64,000 nucleotides of DNA from Candidatus Nomurabacteria bacterium (GCA_040376695.1 JBEIQD010000002.1:114436-178435); one strand, 5' to 3'; positions 10,401-19,821 are shown, numbered from the stretch's first letter. Notes: generated by a model from the sequence alone, not told the origin. A program made the numbers and translations.

Positions 10401-10851
10401 CATGCTCCATATCAACAAAACGTCCAACTCGTGGAACAACTTTTTTCCATTCTTCTTCATACTGAAGAACAGAATTAAATGCATCTTGATTAAACTTATC
10501 AATTCCAAACGCCTCAATGTCTTTTTTTGAAGCAAGCCCTAATTTCTTTTCAATAAGATTTTCAATAGGAAGACCGTGACAATCCCAACCCCAAATACGA
10601 CGAACGGAGTTACCTTTCATTGTCTGATATCGAGGAATAGCATCCTTGATGGTTCCTGCGAGAATGTGTCCATGGTGAGGAAGCCCTGTAGCAAATGGTG
10701 GCCCATCATAAAAAGAGAACGATCCTTTGGGTATTTCACTTGCGGGATTTTCTACTGACTTTTCAAAGATTTTATTCTCTTGCCAGAAAAGAAGTGTTTC
10801 TTGCTCTTTCTCGTTTATGGTTTTTGGTTTAGGTAAAGTATTGTCAGACAT
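7411..10851 (-). CDS. ileS: Isoleucine--tRNA ligase with inserted histidine-phosphatase domain
   Basis: DGPPFATGLPHHGH, GWDCHGLPIE, WTTTPWTLPGN, EGLDQTRGWF, KLSKS; internal RHGE...SPLLR...RLRE...THG domain; Ile T-box upstream. Confidence 0.96.
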   Translation of the reverse strand: MSDNTLPKPKTINEKEQETLLFWQENKIFEKSVENPASEIPKGSFSFYDGPPFATGLPHHGHILAGTIKDAIPRYQTMKGNSVRRIWGWDCHGLPIENLIEKKLGLASKKDIEAFGIDKFNQDAFNSVLQYEEEWKKVVPRVGRFVDMEHAYKTMDSTYTESIWWAWKTLYEKGLAYEGYKIMHICPRCETTLAQSEVGMEYHDVTDLSVTAKFELADEPGTYVLAWTTTPWTLPGNTALALCETAQYIKVSIEGMDGMYILANERKEDVLKDMKYEVKDMFLGSTLVGKSYKPVFPYFVDKEIDNKENIWKIWHADFITLDTGTGVAHEAPAFGAEDMDLAKLHRIPVIKHVKMDGTFTTEVIDFVGMKVKQKDDTQSADIEIIKYLAHNGKLFEKHKIIHSYPLCWRCKTPLLNYATSSWFVDVPKMKEKLLSENKNIGWTPSHIRDGRFGKWLEGAHEWAVSRSRYWGAPLPVWKNEAGDMKIIGSLKELAALNKNKPKNTYFAIRHGEAQSNINRVLDSYGDPHNHLTETGKEQARHAGHFAKEQGIDIIVYSPLLRTEETARIIKEMCGAESVFDKRLREFDTGIFSGTSVDEFHVRQRADFMDLDTKLPEGESHRDLMNRTMQVLHDCEKEYEGKKILFVTHGSPVWMLEAAAHLRTDEEIVADMMMHEDTSPAHAHVVPVHPQLVPRDETGAVNLHRPYIDEIELEIDGVTYKRIGDVFDCWFESGSMPFASLHYPFENKEIFEKNYPAEFIAEGLDQTRGWFYSLINLGVGLFDKAPYKHVIVNGLVMAESGLKLSKSDKNYTDPMELVEKYGADAMRYALLSSPVVKGENVLFTDKTVEDVYKKVISRLENVLSLYEMNREGVMEATINSTNVLDRWIISRVHEVVAKVTKGYDTYMLDEATYPIDQLIDDLSVWYVRRSRDRLKGDVSVEEKKQAYETLTYVLLTLSKVIAPVMPFVAERVYSVVGGEKESVHLEVWPQSFSVDTELLVTMKKVRELVTVALSLRTQAKIAVRQPLQKLTLKEKIGEEYVSTILDELNVKEISFDETQTEVCVLDTAVTDTLQAEGDVRNLMRAVQDARKDKGLTPKDSIVLNTEYMIPEQFKVLLMNTCRISSVEKGSGTYTAETSTGTIAFDIR

Positions 10852-10860
10852 AGATGTGTA

Positions 10861-11042
10861 AATAAATAAAACTCGTCCACAGAAAACAATGTATATTGTT
10901 TTCCAAGGACGAGTTTCATGTTTGAAATCGTGGTACCACCTTGTTTTTAGGATATTTCTATCCCCTCATTGATAGGTTCTACTTACATTCTACAGAATGT
11001 GTTCTTCCTGAAGCTCGGGGGTGATTGGTCCCGTCGTTGCTG
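10861..11042 (-). ncRNA. T-box riboswitch (Ile, AUC specifier), ultrashort Stem I, transcriptional terminator
   Basis: Minus strand: CGACGGGACCA-AUC-ACCCCCGAGC Stem I; GAAGAAC...AGUAGAACC Stem II; CAAGG-UGGUACC-ACG...CGU-CCUUG antiterminator; AAACUCGUCC...GGACGAGUUUU terminator. Confidence 0.9.
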
Positions 11043-11085
11043 TGACTTTATAATACCTCACTAATTGATAAAGGTAAACAGGCAA

Positions 11086-12840
11086 TTACATCCGACTTGG
11101 GGCAACAATGCCGAGCGTATAGAGGCCGTGCGCCAAGATGTTTTTCGTAGCCGTTGCCAACATAACGTAATACGCACTTGTTTCTGCGTCCTCCTCATTC
11201 ACAATTTGTACACGTCCATACATATTGTTAAACGCACGAGTAAGTACAAGAAGGTGTTGAACGATGTGATGTGGACCCATGTCTTTGTACGCCTTCTGTA
11301 GCACTTGTGTATACCCAATGATAACTTGCTCAAGCTCACGTTCAGGGTGTTCTATTGCATAACTCTCAATTGAGATTCCTGCTTCTTCTGCTTTATCAAG
11401 CAACGCCGATAGTCTGGCATGTGTATATTGAAGATACGGCCCTGAATCACCTTCAAATGAAAGAGACTTCTCAAGATCAAAAATCATATCCTTTCCTGGG
11501 GCTGATTTAAGAATTGAAAACTTAATTGCTCCGACAGCGATATCATTGATGAGCTGTGCCTTCTGCCCCTCTCGCACTTTCATGTCTTCCAATCGCACAG
11601 CGATACGCTCACTTACTGTGGCGATGAGCTCTTCTGCAGGAATCACATTACCTTTTCGAGATGACATCTTCCCTTCTGGTAAACGAAGCATCCCGTGAGA
11701 AACATGAAGTAATTTATCAGCAAGTGGTTTATCTATCTGCTCAAATACCGCTTTCATCACTTTGAAATACTCATCGATTTCTTTTGCGGTCACAACAACA
11801 GAAAGAATAGAATCTGGAACGAGGAGATCTTTCTTGTAGGTATTACCCAGTTCCTTTGCTTCATACGTCGGAAGTCCTTGGGAGTTTATGAATACACGAG
11901 TATGCAATCCAACATCCTCACCCTTAAATACAACTGCTCCGTCTGACTCGTGGAAAACAGTACCGATATTCTCTTTAACAATTTGCGCGCCGTCTTTTCC
12001 AACCTCACTTTCAAAAATATAGTGATCAAACTGCGTTCCAAGTTTTTCATAGATCGTCTCAAAGTAATCAAGGCTCCACATTTTACCAAGGTCATATAAA
12101 CGATTTATTTCTGAATCCTTCTTTTCGAAAATCTTTTTGTTAATGTCTTTAAAGGCGTTCTTCTTATCTTCTAGCGTTGCAAACGTATAAAGTTCCTCAT
12201 CTGCAAACATGGTATTACCAAGAGCGTAACAAGCACCAAGAAATTGCACCTTATGCACTAGCGGAGTTTCTTCATTAAAGAAGACATCAATCTCTTTATT
12301 TTCATTCTCATGAGCAAGCTTCCACTGAATTCCAAAAATTGCCTGCGCAACATGCATACCAACATCTCCTTGGTAACACACACGGGTTACATCATGCCCT
12401 CCTGCTTCATAAATACGCGCGACTGATTCTCCAATTGCATTCGGTACAAGGTGTCCAATATGGAAAAGCTTGAATGGATTTGGGTCGGTATATTCAACAA
12501 TTACTTTTCCTTTTCCACCAACGTTAGTAATATCACTGAGCGCAACTGATTCTGCTTCATCAGTTCGTACATCATCTTTCAAAAAGAAATTAATAAATCC
12601 AGGTCCTGCCACTTCAGCTTTTTCTACAACATCTTCCAACTCGGTCATAAGTGTAGAAATAAGCTGCTCTGCAGTTTCCTTAGGAGATACGCCTGTTTGT
12701 TTTGAAAGAAGGAAAGCTACGTTTGTGGCGTAGTCACCATGAAGACTGTCTTCTGGCATATCCAAAGAAAAAGAAGGCTCAACCCCTTTTTCCTGACATA
12801 GTTCTGCAAGTGCGTCTTTGATGGTCTCGTACGAATTCAT
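11086..12840 (-). CDS. argS: Arginine--tRNA ligase
   Basis: HGDYATN, AGPGFINF, HIGH, KMSSRKG, GPYLQYTHAR. Confidence 0.96.
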   Translation of the reverse strand: MNSYETIKDALAELCQEKGVEPSFSLDMPEDSLHGDYATNVAFLLSKQTGVSPKETAEQLISTLMTELEDVVEKAEVAGPGFINFFLKDDVRTDEAESVALSDITNVGGKGKVIVEYTDPNPFKLFHIGHLVPNAIGESVARIYEAGGHDVTRVCYQGDVGMHVAQAIFGIQWKLAHENENKEIDVFFNEETPLVHKVQFLGACYALGNTMFADEELYTFATLEDKKNAFKDINKKIFEKKDSEINRLYDLGKMWSLDYFETIYEKLGTQFDHYIFESEVGKDGAQIVKENIGTVFHESDGAVVFKGEDVGLHTRVFINSQGLPTYEAKELGNTYKKDLLVPDSILSVVVTAKEIDEYFKVMKAVFEQIDKPLADKLLHVSHGMLRLPEGKMSSRKGNVIPAEELIATVSERIAVRLEDMKVREGQKAQLINDIAVGAIKFSILKSAPGKDMIFDLEKSLSFEGDSGPYLQYTHARLSALLDKAEEAGISIESYAIEHPERELEQVIIGYTQVLQKAYKDMGPHHIVQHLLVLTRAFNNMYGRVQIVNEEDAETSAYYVMLATATKNILAHGLYTLGIVAPSRM

Positions 12841-12915
12841 GCATCTATACTACCTTATTTGGGAATTAATAAAAAGAAAAACCAGCACAATGGCTGGTTT
12901 TTGTATGCAAGCAAC

Positions 12916-13506
12916 TCAGCCTGCGACGGCGAGCTCTTTTTCAAGATGATGGGCAACAACATCCCGAAGCTTCTGTGAAGCTTCAATTGGATCAGTTGCA
13001 TCGATATACACGACCTCGGTCTTCCATGGAAGGAAACCTGTATTTAGGGCGCGGGCCACATTTCTGAAAGCCATACTCACCCGCTCATCAGCATCCTTGT
13101 GGGTGAAGATGATAAACAGTGTTGGTTTCCCAACAAGCTGTTCACGTCCGAAGGCAGCATGGAGCAAGCTTGATTCCCCAGGCGCCATTTCATGCCTCGC
13201 AAGAAGCGTGTATCCGAGCGAATCACAAATGACATGTTCGCCTCGCTCGAGCGCAGGACGAATAATCTGCGCTTCATGATCAATACGGAGCGCCCAAATG
13301 AGATGACGCTCAATCTCAGGAACGCTTGTTGCAGAATCTTCATGTAGGAGCGTTCGCAGTTTTTCCGCAAACGGTGTACCTCCTGGTTCGCGAGTCTGCA
13401 AGATATTATTTTCTCCAGTTCTCTTGGGTAAGTACTTGAGTACCGTGCAGGCATCGTTACCTGCCCTATCAACGACGCCAGCAATCACAATGAATTTTGG
13501 TTCCAT
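12916..13506 (-). CDS. Thymidylate-kinase-like protein with degenerate P-loop (SD-led class)
   Basis: TREPGGTPFAEKLR and IRPALERG Tmk motifs, but the P-loop reads GVVDRAGND and DR is replaced by DS; SD AAGGAG; TCGACA-N17-TAGTGT promoter. Confidence 0.75.
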   Translation of the reverse strand: MEPKFIVIAGVVDRAGNDACTVLKYLPKRTGENNILQTREPGGTPFAEKLRTLLHEDSATSVPEIERHLIWALRIDHEAQIIRPALERGEHVICDSLGYTLLARHEMAPGESSLLHAAFGREQLVGKPTLFIIFTHKDADERVSMAFRNVARALNTGFLPWKTEVVYIDATDPIEASQKLRDVVAHHLEKELAVAG

Positions 13507-13636
13507 CAGAATCTCCTTGTTTAATAAAAGTACAATTTATACTTGCTCACACTAACACACAAAAATAACTATGTCGATGAAGCTCTATAGTAAAAGCCGA
13601 GTTCCACTACGTGGAACTCGGCTAGTTAATTACCTA

Positions 13637-14335
13637 TCAGATTTCAATGCCTTTTATTTGAAAGTGAGGCTTGATGTGCTTGAGCACTTCCAGATGGACA
13701 TCATCCCGTGACAGCTCGTGCTTGCCCTGGAGACATTCAACTACTTCCCACCCAAAGTGTTCAGCGTAAAAAATGCCACCCTCATGCCCCATGCGGACAT
13801 ACTCAGAATCACTTTCAACAGCATCAAGCTTGCTGCCGCCGCTATCAGAACGTTTTTGTGCCCGAGCACGAGAAAGCCAGAAAGGGATTTTGAGATAGAG
13901 CACGAACGCAGGCCTTGGAAGACCCATCGTTCCATACTCCAAATCGTAGAGCCACTTGCCATACCGCTCACGCTCTTCCGACGTACCAATCTTTCCACCT
14001 TGATGAAGCAGATTGGATTCGACATAGCGATCAAAGATCACAATGTCGTGTTCAGCAATGAGTCCCTCGAGATACTCTCGTGACTCACGCCGATCCATCG
14101 TGTACGGCAAACTCGCCGCATATGGATCAAGTTTCGCAAATTTGTACTTTGCGGCATCATCACCTTTCAGCGCTTCCCACAAAACCCAACCGCCCGTTGT
14201 CTCCTTGTAGCGAGGAAATGAAACACTTGCTACTTTGAAGCCTTTTGCCTCCAAGCTTTCCTTGAGGAGTTTGCTTTGTGTTTCCTTGCCTGCACCGTCA
14301 GAGCCTTCGATGGCAAGACTTATTTTTTTCGACAT
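13637..14335 (-). CDS. tmk: Thymidylate kinase (SD-led class)
   Basis: IEGSDGAGKETQ P-loop, SFPRY, DRYVESN; SD AAGGAG before MSKK. Confidence 0.9.
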   Translation of the reverse strand: MSKKISLAIEGSDGAGKETQSKLLKESLEAKGFKVASVSFPRYKETTGGWVLWEALKGDDAAKYKFAKLDPYAASLPYTMDRRESREYLEGLIAEHDIVIFDRYVESNLLHQGGKIGTSEERERYGKWLYDLEYGTMGLPRPAFVLYLKIPFWLSRARAQKRSDSGGSKLDAVESDSEYVRMGHEGGIFYAEHFGWEVVECLQGKHELSRDDVHLEVLKHIKPHFQIKGIEI

Positions 14336-14463
14336 CTCTTTCTCCTTCGCCCGCAGGCAGTAATATAAATGAACCTGCACCAAGGGTACAGGAAAGAAAG
14401 AGATGCCACAAACAAATAAAAAACAGGCACCGTCAAGGTGCCTGTTTGGAAAATTTCAGGCCA

Positions 14464-15822
14464 TTAAGCTTTCGCCACAATGTCCTGAGTGCCCCGCTTC
14501 ACATCAAACCGACCCATGTCGGATTCGTCGATGTAAACAGGGACGCCAATCTCACGGATCTGCTTGCCCATCTCTTGCGCTACTTCGCGGAGCGTAGGAT
14601 GAACAGTAGAACCAGAGCGAAGCTCCACAAGATACACCAAAGCCGGAAGGTCGCCTGTGACACGACAAGCAACTTGCTGCCCCATCGGAAGGTAGTACTG
14701 AAGGGCAGCTTCGCCATGATTGCTCACGTTTTGCTCCCACCAGTGCTTGATTTCCCTAACGAGCTTTTCCGCCTTCGCGCGAAGTTCAGGCCCCAACTGA
14801 TCAAGATACCAGTCCTGGAAACCGATATTCGGCGTCAACATTGGCATGCGCTGAATTACAGCACGTTGCCGTTGGATATCACGGAAAGATCCGAAATCGA
14901 GCGCAAACTCGAATTGGAGCGTCCCCGCTTCAGCCAAATGCTTCGGCAGTTCAGTCCGCGCTGGTCGCGAATTTATTGCCTCAGAATGTTCAAGCACAAG
15001 CTTGGCATCAAGCGTATTGCGGGTCAGGATTACTTCTTCCTTCCAATACATCGGCGAGAAATAGTAATCCTTTTCCATGCAAACTTCGCGATATGTCTCG
15101 CTTGCCGCATAACGCTTATGACCGAACGAATTCGGATGCGCCTGCTGCAAAGCTTTCTCGATCATGTTGGCAATGTCGTGTACTTCCGAAAGCGGGTGAG
15201 CTCGCAACCAGCCGAGCTTGTCCGCCGCTTGCCGCAGGTTACTTGTCCAGGCCAGGTTTGTTGCGGCGCCGGCAGGCAAAAATGCGCGAAGAATATCGAA
15301 CGCGCGGGCAGCGATCGCCTTTTCGTAGACAGCTTCCTTTTCTTCCGGCTGCATCGGATACCTTGCCTTCAACTCTTCCTTGAGTTGAGGCATGGCTTCG
15401 ATATAGAACTTGCGCAACCATTCCTGCGGATTCTCCTCAGGTGACAGCTCAAGAAGATTGATGAATACTGCGACTGCAAAGTCCTGGTACCGCGTTGAAA
15501 ATTCCTGGCCACAATAGAGAGCCCAATCCTGGATCGCCTTGGCAACCAGCATGGACACACCTTCGATAAAGATGGTTGTGTTGCCACAATCACCGATAGA
15601 TTTGTGTCCATAGCCAACGTAGTACTGAGCCATGAACTTGCCAGAGCCGACTTCTGCCAGCTTCTTCAGGTGTGCAAGCACTGATTGCGGTGACCGCGAA
15701 TAGAGCGCCTGGAGCATGGCCAAATCTTCGGCTGTGATGATCGCCCCGTCATAAAGGACGAGAACGAACGGACCTTTGGTTGGGTCACCTTGGGTGAAAT
15801 GTTTAAGTTGGCTGATGTCCAT
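14464..15822 (-). CDS. thyX: FAD-dependent thymidylate synthase, long tandem-domain type (SD-led class)
   Basis: YGHKSIGDCG, QEFSTRY, FDILRAFLPAG, DFGSFRDIQRQR, ELRS...HP; SD AGGAGGT; located between dut and tmk. Confidence 0.88.
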   Translation of the reverse strand: MDISQLKHFTQGDPTKGPFVLVLYDGAIITAEDLAMLQALYSRSPQSVLAHLKKLAEVGSGKFMAQYYVGYGHKSIGDCGNTTIFIEGVSMLVAKAIQDWALYCGQEFSTRYQDFAVAVFINLLELSPEENPQEWLRKFYIEAMPQLKEELKARYPMQPEEKEAVYEKAIAARAFDILRAFLPAGAATNLAWTSNLRQAADKLGWLRAHPLSEVHDIANMIEKALQQAHPNSFGHKRYAASETYREVCMEKDYYFSPMYWKEEVILTRNTLDAKLVLEHSEAINSRPARTELPKHLAEAGTLQFEFALDFGSFRDIQRQRAVIQRMPMLTPNIGFQDWYLDQLGPELRAKAEKLVREIKHWWEQNVSNHGEAALQYYLPMGQQVACRVTGDLPALVYLVELRSGSTVHPTLREVAQEMGKQIREIGVPVYIDESDMGRFDVKRGTQDIVAKA

Positions 15823-15902
15823 GAGGACCTCCTAAATATGGTTTAGATTGATGAAAAAACTACCGTACTCAATCCTACAGGTTTGTAGAAGTAAAAGCAA
15901 AA

Positions 15903-16322
15903 CTACTTTCCCGTACTTCCAAAACTCCCCGCTCCACGCTTAGTTTCAGAAAGAACTTCTGATTCTTCAACTTCCCACAGCTCAACTTTCTGAATAACCA
16001 TTTGTGCCACCTTGTCCCCTGACTCAAACGTATACGGCGTATCATTTAAATTATGAATTGGAATAAATAACTCTCCTCGATACCCAGAATCAAGAACACC
16101 TCCTAAGGTTTTAATTCCTTTTGATCCAAGAGATCCTTTATCCCAAGCAAATACGCAATATCCATCTGGTACTTCGTAGGCAATTCCTGTTGAAACCTTC
16201 ACTGTTGTATGTGGTGGAATAATTGTTTCTTCACAACAATAAATATCAAGACCTGCATCATCGTGATGGGCGCGAGTTGGAAGCTTTGCATTAACATGCA
16301 ATTTTTTCACTTTTAATTTCAT
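15903..16322 (-). CDS. dut: dUTP diphosphatase
   Basis: DAGLD, GVLDSGYRGE, GDKVAQ, RGAGSFGSTG. Confidence 0.96.
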   Translation of the reverse strand: MKLKVKKLHVNAKLPTRAHHDDAGLDIYCCEETIIPPHTTVKVSTGIAYEVPDGYCVFAWDKGSLGSKGIKTLGGVLDSGYRGELFIPIHNLNDTPYTFESGDKVAQMVIQKVELWEVEESEVLSETKRGAGSFGSTGK

Positions 16323-16378
16323 GTGTCTTCATTATACCAAAAAGAAAAAGCCCGCACCGAGGTGGGGGCTTTTGAAAA

Positions 16379-17428
16379 CTAAACGAAGTTCTTCGCAAGC
16401 TTGGGACCGCTTTGACCCTGATAAGAGCCTTTGTAAACGTCATGATTGTCGCCGCAGACATATTCGAAGCGCACCCGCGCAACGACTTGTCTATGCGTTA
16501 GCGTTAGCGGCTCCTGCACAGCCATTTCGCATGTGATTTCCCCTTTGAACCCTTGATCCACGAAACCGGCAAAGTTGTTGCGGGCTTCGATAATCCTTTC
16601 GTCCATTGGAGCGATTTCAGCAGTGATGTGCCCTGGCAAACAAAGACCTTCTTCAGTTGTTGTGATATAGAAGCGTTTTTCCTTCATGCCGATTTTCGAG
16701 TTCTCCACGAACAACGCCTTGAAAAACTCATCTTTCGGGTTCGGCTTGCTAAAAAAAGCTGGCCGATTGGTCTGCCTAGAAACATACGCAGCTGGACCAT
16801 TCACAGGTTTGAGATTCAAATGAAGGTATACCGATCCATCGCGATCAACGCGGAGGTTTTCGAATGAAATTGGTTTCCCTTCACGATCCACAATGAGAGG
16901 AGTTTTTTTGTGCTCCTCCTTAACCTGCTCTAGCGAAAGGCGTGTATCTTTGTTGAAAACACGCAACTGCGTGAGCTGATCACCTTCTGCAAAAACTCCA
17001 GGAAACGCCAAGCAACGGATCAAAGCCCACAATTCGCCACGATACCCTTTCGGGACCTGATCAAGACCAGGGTCTCCGTTCACCAAGACGCGGGTGTGAA
17101 CGAACTGACGACCAGTGGTCGAACGTGGATTTGCATACCCGTACAAATCTTCGGGAAGCTCGAGGCGTTCCTGAAGACGCGCAATGTAATGCAATCCAAC
17201 TTCGCAAGGATGTGAAGGGTGATGCATAGAAAACCCAACCTCCTTCATCATCGCCCAAACACTCTGACCCACAGAAGGTTGTTGAAAACTGTTCAAGCGA
17301 AACATTTCGCCTGTAAGACAGAGATTTAAAGAGCCAGGATTGAGTGCTTCGAGGTTGGCATTCTCGATGACTCCTTTTTCCATCAACCCTAAGAGCATAC
17401 TCTTAGGGAATGTGCCGAATTTTTTCAT
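16379..17428 (-). CDS. dcd: dCTP deaminase, long two-domain type (SD-led class)
   Basis: ANPRSTTGR, GYRGEL, QLRV, AGFVDQGF, SYQGQ.GPKLAKNF; SD GAGGTG. Confidence 0.85.
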   Translation of the reverse strand: MKKFGTFPKSMLLGLMEKGVIENANLEALNPGSLNLCLTGEMFRLNSFQQPSVGQSVWAMMKEVGFSMHHPSHPCEVGLHYIARLQERLELPEDLYGYANPRSTTGRQFVHTRVLVNGDPGLDQVPKGYRGELWALIRCLAFPGVFAEGDQLTQLRVFNKDTRLSLEQVKEEHKKTPLIVDREGKPISFENLRVDRDGSVYLHLNLKPVNGPAAYVSRQTNRPAFFSKPNPKDEFFKALFVENSKIGMKEKRFYITTTEEGLCLPGHITAEIAPMDERIIEARNNFAGFVDQGFKGEITCEMAVQEPLTLTHRQVVARVRFEYVCGDNHDVYKGSYQGQSGPKLAKNFV

Positions 17429-17538
17429 GAGACACCTCGTAATTGTTAGAACTTTTTACCCTTTCGGGACCTGGCATATAGCCTACGCTCCAAAACAAAA
17501 AGCCGCAATATTGCGGCTTTTTGTTTTTATGGTGTAAA

Positions 17539-17952
17539 TTACTTTACTTTGATACCGATTGAACGAGCTGTTCCTTCGATAATCTTCATTGCCTGTTCTA
17601 CAGTGTGAGCAGTTAAGTCTTTCAACTTAATTTCAGCAATTTCACGAACTTTCTCAGGAGAGATTGTTCCAGCGTTACCTTTAGAGTTTCCTTTAGCAAC
17701 GTTTGCTGCCTTCATAACGAGAGATGTAGCAGTAGGAGTCTTGATAACGAAATCGTATGTTCGATCTTCGTACACATAAATCTTTACTGACATACGCCCT
17801 TGCTGTCCTTGAGTTGCAGCGTTGAACTTGTTAACGAAATCTCCAATCTGAACACCAGCCTGTCCAAGGGCAGGACCAAGTGGAGGAGCGGGAGTAGCTT
17901 TACCTGCTTCGATTTGCACCTTTACGTATTTTGTAATTTTCTTTGCTGCCAT
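17539..17952 (-). CDS. rplK: 50S ribosomal protein L11
   Basis: AGKATPAPPLGPALGQ, GTARSIG. Confidence 0.98.
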   Translation of the reverse strand: MAAKKITKYVKVQIEAGKATPAPPLGPALGQAGVQIGDFVNKFNAATQGQQGRMSVKIYVYEDRTYDFVIKTPTATSLVMKAANVAKGNSKGNAGTISPEKVREIAEIKLKDLTAHTVEQAMKIIEGTARSIGIKVK

Positions 17953-18024
17953 ATAAGTATCTGTTGTAAGTTTGGCTATTCTACCATTAAACTAATATCT
18001 TTTCAAGATGAGCTGACTGTGAGG

Positions 18025-18570
18025 CTATATCTTCTTAACCTGCAAAAAGTCGAGTTCAACCGGAGTTTCGCGTCCGAACATATTTACAAGCACCTTAAGC
18101 TTTCCACGAGCCTTGTCCACTTCTGACACTTTACCTTCAAAATCCTTGAAAGGTCCATCAGTAATTGAAACAAGTTCCCCTACTTCCATACTGATTTCAT
18201 GAACCACTTCACCTGTATTCATGCGACTAAAGAGGAAATCAATTTCCTGCTGACTAAGTGGTACAGGAGTAGTTCCTGCTCCAACGAATCCTGTTACACG
18301 AGGAGTGTTACGAACGACATACCAACTGTTGTCGTCCACAATCATATCTACAAGAACGTATCCTGGGTAGATCTTTTCTTCCACCTCAACACGCTTTGTT
18401 CCCTTTACCTTGATTTTCTTTTCAAGCGGAACAACGATAGCAAAAATCTTGTTCTCCATTCCTAGAGACTCAATACGCTGCTTCAAGTTACGCTGAACCG
18501 CGTTTTCGTAACCACTGTATGTGTGGATTGCGTACCAATGACGCTCTCCTGTGAATTCTTGTTTAGCCAT
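18025..18570 (-). CDS. nusG: Transcription termination/antitermination factor NusG
   Basis: [20 protein letters not shown] motif [19 protein letters not shown]. Confidence 0.98.
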   Translation of the reverse strand: MAKQEFTGERHWYAIHTYSGYENAVQRNLKQRIESLGMENKIFAIVVPLEKKIKVKGTKRVEVEEKIYPGYVLVDMIVDDNSWYVVRNTPRVTGFVGAGTTPVPLSQQEIDFLFSRMNTGEVVHEISMEVGELVSITDGPFKDFEGKVSEVDKARGKLKVLVNMFGRETPVELDFLQVKKI

Positions 18571-18593
18571 AGGTTAAAAAATAAAAGTAATAA

Positions 18594-18776
18594 TTATCGA
18601 GCGAGGAGTTTGATAAGACCTTCCTTAAGTCCGAGGTCTACTGCTCCGAGAAGTGCTGCAACGAGGATAGAAAGCGTAACCACAGCAACTGTGTATACAA
18701 TTGTCTGTGAAAGAGATGGGAATGTTACCTCCTTAAGTTCAGCCTTTGTTTCTTTGAAATAATTGAAAAGATTCAT
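18594..18776 (-). CDS. secE: Preprotein translocase subunit SecE
   Basis: ELKEVTFPS plus one TM; upstream of nusG. Confidence 0.93.
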   Translation of the reverse strand: MNLFNYFKETKAELKEVTFPSLSQTIVYTVAVVTLSILVAALLGAVDLGLKEGLIKLLAR

Positions 18777-18945
18777 AGAGTTTTGATTAGTGTAATAGTC
18801 TTATTCTAAAAAACACCCCCGTGGGTGTATCTGTATTTCAATTATACTAGATGCTATCACTGTTGTCAATGAAGGAGTTCTTGCTTGAACAAGAGAAAAA
18901 CCACTGCTTAGCAGTGGTTTTTCTCTTTATATACCTTACTCCTAC

Positions 18946-19734
18946 TTAGTCGAGGCTGTAGGTAATGGTCACACGTGACTTAATAACATTTTCACCTGTA
19001 GGAAGAGAAACTTCTGGAACACCAGCTCCCTTTGTTGATTGAAGTGATACCGCATCACGCGCGTAATACATAGGGTAGTATCCACCCGCATCTTCTGAAA
19101 ATTGCATTACTTCACCAAGGTCAGCATGGAGCGCCTTAGCTGTAGCTTTTGCTTTCTCTCGAGCTTCCGCTATAGCCATCTCCTTTGCCTCAGCTTGAGC
19201 TTTATCCATATCTTCTACAGTAAATGAAGGGCCTGAAATTTCAGTTATGTTGACTCCACCAAGAGCTCCAACGATTTCACCTGCCTGTTCGATATTACGA
19301 ATCTTGATTTCTACCATTTGAGAAACTTCGTATCCAACAATTTTCTGATTGGTAACCATACCAGAATAAATCGGTGAGGCAACTGCCACGTTTTCATACT
19401 TTGGATTTACTACATACGAAAGTGTCTTCTGATCCTTCTCTTCAACCCCGAGACCTGAAAGAGCAGTTATTGCTGCAGCAACTTTTGCCTCAGCAAGTTT
19501 CTGAGCATCTGGAACTGTCTTTGCAGATTCACGGATAGTAATAACTACGGTAGCAATATCAGGAAGCGCTGTTACTTCAGCTTCCCCTGTTACCGTAATA
19601 GTCCCTGGCTGCCCGTTTGGATTATTAACAGATTTCCATTCTGACGCACCGAGTGCTACTGTTGCAAAAAAGATTCCGATAAGAGCAAACATTCCCGCAA
19701 CCCACGTATATTTTTTATAATCAAATGATTCCAT
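18946..19734 (-). CDS. SIMPL (DUF541) domain protein
   Basis: ITVTGEAEV..PD, GYEVSQ, AIAEAREKA motifs; N-terminal TM. Confidence 0.88.
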   Translation of the reverse strand: MESFDYKKYTWVAGMFALIGIFFATVALGASEWKSVNNPNGQPGTITVTGEAEVTALPDIATVVITIRESAKTVPDAQKLAEAKVAAAITALSGLGVEEKDQKTLSYVVNPKYENVAVASPIYSGMVTNQKIVGYEVSQMVEIKIRNIEQAGEIVGALGGVNITEISGPSFTVEDMDKAQAEAKEMAIAEAREKAKATAKALHADLGEVMQFSEDAGGYYPMYYARDAVSLQSTKGAGVPEVSLPTGENVIKSRVTITYSLD

Positions 19735-19821
19735 AACGATATATATTATTAATTAAATTTGTTTCCAGTAACCCCTATAACAGTTGAAAAGAAAATCTGT
19801 GACATTTTCTTTTCAACAGCA

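Noticed and set aside
14278-15444. 388-aa plus-strand ORF
   Set aside because: Antisense shadow of GC-rich thyX; no motifs or start signals.
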